A stretch of 64,000 nucleotides of DNA from a virus. Below are positions 56,560 to 64,000 of the stretch, in pieces. The translations under genes were made by a program, and so were the position numbers. The DNA lies in IMG/VR virus record IMGVR_UViG_3300020183_005033, positions 32,001 through 96,000 of that record; one strand, 5' to 3'. Position 1 is the first letter of the stretch. Each line of letters opens with the position of its first letter. Under the pieces are notes generated by a model. That model was not told the DNA's origin. It did no database searches and saw nothing but the letters and a program-made list of their open reading frames with translations.

Positions 56560-59034
56560 ATGTCAGTTCAGTCAAGAGTCAATTGGTTGGGTGGTCAACG
56601 CATTGATCTTCCTGATTTGTTAGCAATTGATTCATATGTTGTCAACGACATCCGCAATTTGCTTATGTCTCTCACCGGCGGCTCTTCGTTCGTTGTCAGT
56701 GGATTGGAAATAACTGAATGGGCTGGCCTGACGGTAAGCGTAAAGGTTTCGGATTGTTTAGTTTTTTGTCCCGGCAATTCAATTGCACCTTTTTATAAAG
56801 GTCTTCCGGGGGACTCAAACCTTTCTATTTCTCTTCAGTCTAACTCAGAAATATTTTTAGAACTTGTTTTAGAAACCTCGACTAGCGGCTCAGTTTCAAA
56901 GGGTTTTTGGGATTCTTTGGCAATTACGCCCGATTCTGCAGCGGGATCAGAATATGTAGAAACCGTTGACGCTCAGAAAATTATAATTCCAAAATTAGTT
57001 CAAAGATTTGGCGGGTTTACGCCAAACTCTATTAAAATTGCAAAAATTAAGACAGGCGCTTCCGACGTTACCGAGGTTGTAGATTCAAGAGAGTTGTTTT
57101 TTAGGCTAGGATCAGGGGGTTCTGTTCCTAATCCTTCATATTCTTTTCCTTGGGACTCGACTTCGAGACAGGAGTCGCCTCAAAAATCGGATATCGCTTC
57201 TCGGCTGGCATCCACAGATCCCGCCTCGATTTACTACTCAAACACAACCGACGGGACCGTACTCAACGATAAGGGTTTAAAGACTTTTAAAGATTGGCTG
57301 AACGCAACCATGTCGGTTTTGCGTGAAATTAAGGGTACTCCGACTTGGTATCAAGATGCTGCAAGTTCCGTTGGTTTTCCTTTAAATTTATCTCTTTTGT
57401 CTTTGTTTCTTGATTCTACCGCTGGTCATTCTATTTTGGCTATTCCTTCGGCCACTGTTTTTTGGGGCTCTACGACGGGGGCTTTGGGAAACAAACTACA
57501 CAGCGACGGTACATCTACAATTCAGTGGCAGGCCAACTATGGATACACTCTTAAGTGGCAGCTCGGCGGAACCTACTCCTCTAATCGCATTTATGATAAT
57601 GTTAATTTCATGTCGCCAGAAATCGACGAGGGCGATGCTCTTTATTTGGCTTTACAGAGAAATGTTCGATTGACAGAAACGCCCGTTTTGTGGCGCCCAA
57701 CCGTTTCCCCTGGCGGCGGACTGGATGCTGAAAAATCCGTTGAAGGAAATGGATTGTTTATTGGCGTTGCGATTGGCGACTATATTAAAAAAGAATCCGA
57801 AGGGATTCTTGCGTATTACAGAGTTACAAAATTGTATGACGGTTTGACGGTTGTAACCGCAGAAGGCTCTGTAGCGGGTCTTTCCGTCAGAGCCGTAGAA
57901 GTCGACCGAACTATCAATTCACAATCTACCGAGCAATACAGGTATTTTAGATCTAGGTATTCTAATATTGATTTATATGTTCGCGGCTCGGGCGATGTTC
58001 CACCCAATGATGTAGATTGGTATTGGCTTGGAAGAAGAACTGGTTCTAGTTTTTATTTTAGGGATTATGGCAATCTTTCTCAAGGGGAAGAAATAGAAAT
58101 TGTTGATCCCGGAGCTACAGACGAAAGTCAAAATGATTTTGGAGTAGAGCCTATTTTGGCGCTACATCCGGACGTTGCCTACAAACTAAACACTCTCGGA
58201 TTCGCTCCAAATCCGGATATGTCTGTTCCTGCAGATGGATTGGTTTTAACTTTTTATAAACGAAAAACAAACAACAGGGTTAATTCTGATTCTACTCAAA
58301 ATCCGACGATTTTTTCTTATGAACTAAACACCGCTATTACCTTAAATGCGAATCAAGAGCTTTGGGTAAAGATTTCAGATTTGTATTCTGCCGCTCCGTA
58401 TTCTTTGGCCGCCGGTGATGTAACAGACGTTACAACAACAAACGTCTATCAAGTCAGAGATGCTACGGACTCTCCTTTAAGAAACTATGACAACCGTCAA
58501 GTATTTATGCTTGCCAAGCAAATAACTATCGGCTCGGCCTCATATGTTGTTTTCTTTGACGGAACCGTCGTGGGGGCTAAAGGCCGAGCTACTCCACAAA
58601 GACTCCAGGTAGAAAATGTTTGGATTCATGACACTGAAGTCGACGTGACAACAACTGTAACTCCTGCTCGTCTATTTGAAAACGCAAACGCAATCAAAAT
58701 TGGTCAGGCCAATAGCGTTATTCGTATTGAGGGTGCTCAGTCTGTAAAAAGAGCAAATGTTTCAGGAACTTATTCTGTTTTATCCACAGATCACATTCTT
58801 TCTGTTGACACCTCTTCCGCAGCTGCTACGATTACTTTACCGGTAATTAGCGCAGTCGGGGATGGTCATACAGTAATCGTAAAAGATAAGTCAAACAATT
58901 CTTATACCAATACGATTACTCTTACACCTAGCGGCGGAAATACGGTAGACGGTCAGTCTTCTTTTGTAATTCAGTCAGATGGAGCGGCTTTCGTGCTTGT
59001 TGCAAATGCAGCCGGAGACTGGGAACTTATGTAA
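56560..59034 (+). CDS. Tail fiber/baseplate-attached protein
   Basis: N-terminal RVNWLGGQRIDLPD; C-terminal VDTSSAAATITLP...IVKD...TVDG domain typical of fiber proteins. Confidence 0.7.
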   Translation: MSVQSRVNWLGGQRIDLPDLLAIDSYVVNDIRNLLMSLTGGSSFVVSGLEITEWAGLTVSVKVSDCLVFCPGNSIAPFYKGLPGDSNLSISLQSNSEIFLELVLETSTSGSVSKGFWDSLAITPDSAAGSEYVETVDAQKIIIPKLVQRFGGFTPNSIKIAKIKTGASDVTEVVDSRELFFRLGSGGSVPNPSYSFPWDSTSRQESPQKSDIASRLASTDPASIYYSNTTDGTVLNDKGLKTFKDWLNATMSVLREIKGTPTWYQDAASSVGFPLNLSLLSLFLDSTAGHSILAIPSATVFWGSTTGALGNKLHSDGTSTIQWQANYGYTLKWQLGGTYSSNRIYDNVNFMSPEIDEGDALYLALQRNVRLTETPVLWRPTVSPGGGLDAEKSVEGNGLFIGVAIGDYIKKESEGILAYYRVTKLYDGLTVVTAEGSVAGLSVRAVEVDRTINSQSTEQYRYFRSRYSNIDLYVRGSGDVPPNDVDWYWLGRRTGSSFYFRDYGNLSQGEEIEIVDPGATDESQNDFGVEPILALHPDVAYKLNTLGFAPNPDMSVPADGLVLTFYKRKTNNRVNSDSTQNPTIFSYELNTAITLNANQELWVKISDLYSAAPYSLAAGDVTDVTTTNVYQVRDATDSPLRNYDNRQVFMLAKQITIGSASYVVFFDGTVVGAKGRATPQRLQVENVWIHDTEVDVTTTVTPARLFENANAIKIGQANSVIRIEGAQSVKRANVSGTYSVLSTDHILSVDTSSAAATITLPVISAVGDGHTVIVKDKSNNSYTNTITLTPSGGNTVDGQSSFVIQSDGAAFVLVANAAGDWELM

Positions 59035-59046
59035 GGAGTTATTTTT

Positions 59047-59463
59047 ATGAACAATGTTATTGACTTAAATAAAAAAATTAGACAAAAGACACTTGCATCA
59101 ATTATTCGCCGAGAAACTCTCGGCGTAGACCTTACTCAAAATCAAATCTACAAGTTGCGAGTCGGCACATCATTATGGTTTGACGCAGATGATGCTATAG
59201 TCGTTGTTCAAAAGAACGGAGACGACTTTAAAGTATTATTATGTCCTGTCAACAGAGACTTGCTCGAAGGAAAGTGGGAAAACTTTGGTTTGTTGAGTTG
59301 GCTTTGGCTCCGCCACATCAAGCTCAAGAGAGTCGGCAAGCACAGGGCATCTTCAGATGAGTTCAAAGTGCTACTTCAAAGGACTACCGGAGTTGACGCA
59401 GACATTGAGTTTGTGAGAACATTGCCTCAACTACCGGAAATCAATCCGGCTTATTCGATGTGA
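59047..59463 (+). CDS. Hypothetical protein
   Basis: AAGGAG RBS. Confidence 0.65.
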   Translation: MNNVIDLNKKIRQKTLASIIRRETLGVDLTQNQIYKLRVGTSLWFDADDAIVVVQKNGDDFKVLLCPVNRDLLEGKWENFGLLSWLWLRHIKLKRVGKHRASSDEFKVLLQRTTGVDADIEFVRTLPQLPEINPAYSM

Positions 59464-59467
59464 GATT

Positions 59468-60148
59468 ATGGCCAAGGTGACCGAACAACAACTAGCTCAG
59501 CAGAAACTCTTGAAAGAACTACAAGAGTCATACGAGCGTGATTATGCTTGGCTAAACGACGAAGAGCGCAACATTGCTGAGAGAGCGCTCGCTGCCCAAA
59601 AGACGTTGGTTGTTAGTCCTTCTCAAGAAGCCGCCTTGTTTGGCGTGTACGCGATGGGCAGAACTTGTGTTCAGATTGCTAGGCAGTCAGGTCATCTTCC
59701 TGAGACTATTGTATTGAGTATGCTTCGGTACAACTGGTGCCTTAGAATGCAGATGGCCAATCAACAAGCCGATGGCAGCGTCTTGGAAGTCTTTGGTAAA
59801 GAGGCTATCGACACAATCTTTACTATGACTAAGATTGCTATTGAGAATGACTTGAAAAAAGTCTTAGCTGGCGAGATGGCGGCGGGCGACTCTGGCTTTG
59901 TTCCTAAGAACATAAAAGAGATGAAAGACTTTCTAGGAATTGTTGGAGAAGTTCATAAGATTGATGCCTTCATGCGTCTCGGAGCCAAGCAGCCTTTGGT
60001 CAATGTCAGCAACCAGACGTTGACTCTTAATGGCGGCCAATCTCAAACGCAGACTCAAGTCACAGATGCTCAAACAGTTGAGCTGCTGGAAACATCAGAA
60101 AAACGAATTGAAGCTTTAAAAGCATTGGAAGAAGATAGTAAAGAATAG
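59468..60148 (+). CDS. HTH-containing helical protein, possibly terminase small subunit-like
   Basis: YAMGRTCVQIARQSG...YNW HTH-like segment, helical core, extended tail. Confidence 0.4.
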   Translation: MAKVTEQQLAQQKLLKELQESYERDYAWLNDEERNIAERALAAQKTLVVSPSQEAALFGVYAMGRTCVQIARQSGHLPETIVLSMLRYNWCLRMQMANQQADGSVLEVFGKEAIDTIFTMTKIAIENDLKKVLAGEMAAGDSGFVPKNIKEMKDFLGIVGEVHKIDAFMRLGAKQPLVNVSNQTLTLNGGQSQTQTQVTDAQTVELLETSEKRIEALKALEEDSKE

Positions 60149-60161
60149 TTAGGAGAATTTT

Positions 60162-60422
60162 ATGTTTAAGTATTTAATTTTGTTTGTTTTGATTGCTTGT
60201 CAGTCTACTCCTGCCCCACAGCCACAGCCGTCTCCAGCAGAAATGGCATGTGCGACCGTTTATGACCCTCATATTTGTCTTATTACTATTGACAGTACGA
60301 CGTTTGCAGGGCATGGTCAAAACAGGTGCCAAGCTCTCAGAAAGCTTCGTGCCACACTAACTGAGCGCGGCCACAACCCGCTAATCGCTCAAAGAGCCGA
60401 GTGTGGCAGAGTTTTTGAGTAG
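60162..60422 (+). CDS. Cys-rich lipoprotein
   Basis: Lipobox MFKYLILFVLIA|C; AGGAG RBS. Confidence 0.75.
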   Translation: MFKYLILFVLIACQSTPAPQPQPSPAEMACATVYDPHICLITIDSTTFAGHGQNRCQALRKLRATLTERGHNPLIAQRAECGRVFE

Positions 60423-60435
60423 TCAGGAGATTCTT

Positions 60436-61290
60436 ATGAACAACGAAACTCAAGAAGAACAAAAACAAGAATGCTTTAGCAAAAGAACTGGCTACAAAAT
60501 GGCCGACAGGCAAGTTGGCTATCGAGGCAAAAAGTTTGAAAAGAAATGCTTTCAGAGGCAACTAAGAGAAAAATACGAATCCAATGAAGTTATACCCCTA
60601 GGGGACATAGAGATAAAAGAAATCCCATTTAAAGAGGCTCAAGATTTTATCTTGAAGTATGAGTGGCTTGGCACGATGGGTACGACAAAATTTTCAATAG
60701 GAATTTTTTGCAAAAATATACTATGTGGCGTTGCATGTTTTGGCCTTACGGCGGGAACAGCTTCTCTATCAGAGCCATTTGGAGAAGAGTATAAAAACAA
60801 AGGAATTGTTTTGGTTAGGGGTGCGTGCGCAAGTAATGCTCATCAGCACTGCGGAAGCTATCTAATTGGCAAATGCAAAAAGATATTAGAAGAAAAAGGA
60901 TATCTTTTTTGTATAGCGTATTCAGACCCAGAGGCTGGAGAAATAGGCACGATATATCAGGCAACTAATTGGAATTTTTACGGTTTCACAAGCAAAGTAA
61001 ACTACCTTGTCAGACCCGACGGAAAAAGAGTAGACCCAAAAATTATTCATAAGTATTCAAAAAAACACAAAATATCATACTCAGAGCAAAAAGAACTCTT
61101 TTTAAAAGAGGGTTATTACTTTGAAAAAGGTAATAAAAAAATGAAATACCTTATGTATTTTGGTAACAAAAGAGAAGTTAAACAAATGCTTAAGCATAAA
61201 AAAGTCAAATTTTATCAATACTTAAAAAGAGAGCATTTTGAAACCTTAGATTTAATATACGAAACTAGCCTCGTTGAAAAAAACACCTAA
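60436..61290 (+). CDS. Mom-like DNA adenine-modification enzyme (GNAT fold)
   Basis: AQDFILKYEWLG...GVACFG...IAYSDPEAGEIGTIYQATNWNFYG matches the Mu Mom-family S(Y)AD...G.IYQA.N..Y.G pattern. Confidence 0.75.
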   Translation: MNNETQEEQKQECFSKRTGYKMADRQVGYRGKKFEKKCFQRQLREKYESNEVIPLGDIEIKEIPFKEAQDFILKYEWLGTMGTTKFSIGIFCKNILCGVACFGLTAGTASLSEPFGEEYKNKGIVLVRGACASNAHQHCGSYLIGKCKKILEEKGYLFCIAYSDPEAGEIGTIYQATNWNFYGFTSKVNYLVRPDGKRVDPKIIHKYSKKHKISYSEQKELFLKEGYYFEKGNKKMKYLMYFGNKREVKQMLKHKKVKFYQYLKREHFETLDLIYETSLVEKNT

Positions 61291-61314
61291 AGGTTTTTGT
61301 TGACCCTCCGATAA
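61288..61314 (+). promoter_or_regulatory. Sigma-28-type promoter
   Basis: TAAAGGTT-N11-TCCGATAA upstream of GGGAGGTG and ATG 61347. Confidence 0.85.
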
Positions 61315-61346
61315 GACTTATGTAAGTCAACTACGGGAGGTGCTGC

Positions 61347-61568
61347 ATGTACACAGTTCTTATTGAGTCTGATGTTGCTCCAATGACCATGCCTAACTGG
61401 ACAATTGACCAATCCTTTGAGGCTGAGTTTGACACACTAGGCGAAGCGGAGTCCTACGTGCGCTCATTGGAGCGTTGGTCCGCAGCAGATGCTCATGATG
61501 AGCTATGGGCTTGGCACGGTCCACAATTTAGAATCTTTTCAGAAGAGGCAGGAGACTTTTGTGATTAA
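61347..61568 (+). CDS. Acidic hypothetical protein (putative early gene)
   Basis: GGAGGTG RBS after a sigma-28 motif. Confidence 0.75.
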   Translation: MYTVLIESDVAPMTMPNWTIDQSFEAEFDTLGEAESYVRSLERWSAADAHDELWAWHGPQFRIFSEEAGDFCD

Positions 61569-61581
61569 AAGGGGATTGATT

Positions 61582-61944
61582 ATGTTTAAGTATTTGAGTT
61601 TATTTGTGTTTTTGGTTGGTTGTGGCGCTCCGCAAACTCCAGACGAAGTCAAAGCAGACAACTTCTTGCAAGAGTTTGTGGGCGACTGTAAAAAAGTCCA
61701 TGGAGACAGGTGCGATGTTCCCATGACAGTTCACAGCCTTAGCGAGTCTGCCGACGAGCAGACTTGTTGGACAGAAGACGGTAATCCTATTAGGTCTGTG
61801 GTGCTTCATAGGGAGGCGGTGACCCGAGGCAACAGGGCGGCTGTCTACCAAGAGTTGTTTTATTGCAGCCTGAATTTAAGCACGCTTCAGAGTGACCTGT
61901 TGAGTTTAGAAGAGTTTGCCAAGGCTATTGGTCTAAGTAAATAA
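61582..61944 (+). CDS. Cys-rich lipoprotein
   Basis: Lipobox MFKYLSLFVFLVG|C; AGGGG RBS. Confidence 0.75.
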   Translation: MFKYLSLFVFLVGCGAPQTPDEVKADNFLQEFVGDCKKVHGDRCDVPMTVHSLSESADEQTCWTEDGNPIRSVVLHREAVTRGNRAAVYQELFYCSLNLSTLQSDLLSLEEFAKAIGLSK

Positions 61945-62374
61945 TCTATAATAAGGATTTGGTTTATTATAGTCTACGCTCGTAGCCTATAATAAGCTCA
62001 TGGACAAAGTTTTACAAAAATGAAGTTTAGATGACGTGCAGATGAAATCTATTGACCATTTTAGTGTTGGTTGGTCAATAGAAGTCATTAGAATGGCCAA
62101 TAGGCGGTCAATAGAAAATGATTGGCCAGTTGAGCAGGTGTTGTATGCTTGTTTGAGGTGGGACTTGTGAGTTACCGAGAAATACTTTGCTTCATGACTC
62201 GGAAGAACAGGCCATCCAGTTTCTTGATACACCGACTCATGTTTTGTTTGACAAGACCCCTAATGAGCATATAAAAGATGGTTACGGCCAGACGGTCATC
62301 GAGTGGCTGAATGAGTTGGTCGGACGTTAATAGCATTCTAAAGAATATTAATAACATTCCATGGAGAACAAAAA

Positions 62375-62587
62375 ATGACAGAATCTCAATGGCTTGACGC
62401 TCAGAAGGCTTACGACAGAGTTAGGGCATTATTAGTTCAAGATGGCCAAACAATGGAACAGGCTCAAAAGACTCTTGAGACTCTTGTACTGTTTGTGATG
62501 GGAAGTAAACTCAATAAAGAAGAAAGCAACGTCCATTTGGCCAAGTTTTTAGAGGCTATGTTGAAGGGCGATAAGCCACAGTGTTAA
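62375..62587 (+). CDS. Hypothetical protein
   Basis: GGAG RBS. Confidence 0.6.
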   Translation: MTESQWLDAQKAYDRVRALLVQDGQTMEQAQKTLETLVLFVMGSKLNKEESNVHLAKFLEAMLKGDKPQC

Positions 62588-62629
62588 ATAGTTTGAAATG
62601 TTTCTATTTTTTTCTAACTAGGTATTTTT

Positions 62630-62962
62630 ATGAAAAACTTATTTTTATGTGTGCTATTGGTTGGTTGCGCTTCATCTCCGCAGGTTCCAAATTCTGCTCC
62701 GCAGCCAACACCCACCCCCACTCAAGCACCTAAGCGTCAGCCAAAATATAAGATAGGCGACTGCCTCATGATTGTTGACTTGCCAAACGGAGAGACTAAG
62801 TCTCGCCATAGAGTCAGAGTTGAGAAAGTCGGCGTTGACCGTTATTACTACAGATGGCTTCTTGACGATGGGCGCTGGGATACAGAACTATCTAGTAATG
62901 TAGGCAAATTTGAAGTTTTAGAAAAAATTTCAAAAAAAGTGTTTGACTGCCCTAAAGGTTAA
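62630..62962 (+). CDS. Lipoprotein with Pro/Thr linker
   Basis: Lipobox MKNLFLCVLLVG|C; PQPTPTPT linker; KYKIGDCL beta domain. Confidence 0.75.
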   Translation: MKNLFLCVLLVGCASSPQVPNSAPQPTPTPTQAPKRQPKYKIGDCLMIVDLPNGETKSRHRVRVEKVGVDRYYYRWLLDDGRWDTELSSNVGKFEVLEKISKKVFDCPKG

Positions 62963-62979
62963 CGCTAGACAGCCGATAA
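62953..62979 (+). promoter_or_regulatory. Sigma-28-type promoter
   Basis: TAAAGGTT-N11-GCCGATAA, then GGAGGTG and ATG 63000. Confidence 0.88.
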
Positions 62980-62999
62980 GTATTGTAATGGAGGTGATT

Positions 63000-63197
63000 A
63001 TGAAGAACCTAGCAAGCGAAATCAAAAAGGCAGTTAACGCTAAATGTGCGCCCAATGGTAGGGCAAATCTTATTGTCCACCTTAAAGACGGACAGCGCAT
63101 CAAAATAGAAAAAGTAAATGCGGGTGACTTTTACACACCCATGGTCATTGCTGAGTCTTTTCCAAATGTGGCCAAGGCAGAATTAGAAGTTTATTAA
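63000..63197 (+). CDS. Hypothetical protein (putative early gene)
   Basis: GGAGGTG RBS places the start at 63000 (MKNLASEIKK). Confidence 0.75.
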   Translation: MKNLASEIKKAVNAKCAPNGRANLIVHLKDGQRIKIEKVNAGDFYTPMVIAESFPNVAKAELEVY

Positions 63198-63206
63198 GGA
63201 GGTTTT

Positions 63207-63296
63207 GTGACTGAGTATCAATTGTTTCTTATGTTTGCTACTTTCATGGCAGTTCTTTTTGGGACAGGACTGCTTGTTAATATCCTTCAGGACTAA
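63207..63296 (+). CDS. 29-aa single-TM peptide (not in ORF track)
   Basis: AAGGAGG RBS, GTG start; MTEYQLFLMFATFMAVLFGTGLLVNILQD. Confidence 0.6.
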   Translation: MTEYQLFLMFATFMAVLFGTGLLVNILQD

Positions 63297-63307
63297 GGAG
63301 TCTTGCC

Positions 63308-63595
63308 ATGGCTAACCACAAAATCATGCTCCAAGCCTCTAGCTACCTGACTCAAATGGGCATCCCATTCCAGTCAGTCAAGATGTTTGGCAAGCTGTTG
63401 GTTATCCATACCAACGACCACCATGCTGCAAAAATCATTCAAAGTATTCTTAGCGGCTCTGGCGTCAATAAAACAGGAATTGAAGAGCCAGACAGAATGA
63501 ATGACGACTACGTTGTAACTGGTCTTATTGATGATGCCATCAATGAAGCTCTCGAAGAGTTTGACGATATAGACTATGGGGATGAAGAGCAATGA
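63308..63595 (+). CDS. Hypothetical protein with acidic tail
   Basis: TAAGGAG RBS. Confidence 0.7.
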   Translation: MANHKIMLQASSYLTQMGIPFQSVKMFGKLLVIHTNDHHAAKIIQSILSGSGVNKTGIEEPDRMNDDYVVTGLIDDAINEALEEFDDIDYGDEEQ

Positions 63596-63783
63596 AGTTA
63601 ATTTATCTCATTATCCTATTTCAAATCTGCGGCAACACTATGGCTATTTTTGAGGATGGTGAGCCTACTTTAGCTTGTCATCTAGTTAAGCAACAATGTG
63701 TGAGTCTGTCTATTGCGCAACTTATGATGCTGCGCCAGACTTCATCTTGTACAAAACTTAAAGAGTTTAAAGTGGTTGAGTAG
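63592..63783 (+). CDS. Small secreted/Cys-containing protein
   Basis: Hydrophobic N-terminus MKLIYLIILFQIC; ATGA overlap. Confidence 0.55.
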   Translation: MKLIYLIILFQICGNTMAIFEDGEPTLACHLVKQQCVSLSIAQLMMLRQTSSCTKLKEFKVVE

Positions 63784-63795
63784 TTAGGGGGACTT

Positions 63796-64000
63796 ATGCG
63801 TTTTGTCTTTATGGCTATATTGTTGGTTGGATGTGGGACAGGTCTTGGAACTACAGAAGTAGAAAAGATTGTGGAAGTCCCCCAACCCTTTTATATTGAC
63901 ACCCATAAAGTAGACGCCAAACTTCTTCCCCACGTTATGGAATTTGCCGGATATTGTGACAAGTTTGGAACATCTACCAAGTGCAAGGAAAACTTTAATA
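63796..64000 (+). CDS. Lipoprotein, truncated by the window edge
   Basis: AGGGGG RBS; MRFVFMAILLVG|CGTG... open to the end of the window. Confidence 0.7.
   Translation, partial: MRFVFMAILLVGCGTGLGTTEVEKIVEVPQPFYIDTHKVDAKLLPHVMEFAGYCDKFGTSTKCKENFN

Noticed and set aside
32441-59034. Bacterial contractile injection system or tailocin rather than a phage tail
   Set aside because: Linked to a major capsid protein, scaffold and phage nucleotide-metabolism genes

Overview
The whole window looks like part of a large lytic myovirus genome, almost all on the + strand. The structural proteins resemble those of SPO1/Twort-like (Herelleviridae-type) phages: a major capsid protein with an N-terminal MAK|SF maturation site, neck proteins, a 939-aa tail sheath, three tail-tube paralogs, chaperones, a tape measure, hub, spike and wedge proteins, and a 2331-aa baseplate-J protein. 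Nucleotide metabolism genes are also present (dNMP kinase, nrdB/nrdA, two deaminases, dUTPase). Main observations: (1) six near-consensus sigma-28/FliA promoters (TAAAG[GT]TT-N11-[GT]CCGATAA) precede islands of small non-structural genes, suggesting use of the host flagellar sigma factor and a motile Gram-negative, possibly Bdellovibrionota-like, host; (2) a ~10 kb block of multidomain polyproteins whose modules (lysozyme-like, PcfJ-like plus 26-aa repeats, GNAT-like, ART-like, DUF3293/SAM-lyase-like, HExxH) are separated by [LMVI]xK|[SAG] motifs matching the capsid maturation site, probably head-packaged, protease-released cargo, with an A11 tract joining two of the ORFs; (3) a TAA1/alliinase-family PLP enzyme next to GmhA; (4) a ClpX lacking its zinc-binding domain and IGF loop, plus SspB-like tail motifs in other proteins; (5) a Mom-like DNA-modification gene and a lipoprotein cluster. 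All family calls are from motif recognition by eye, with no database searches.
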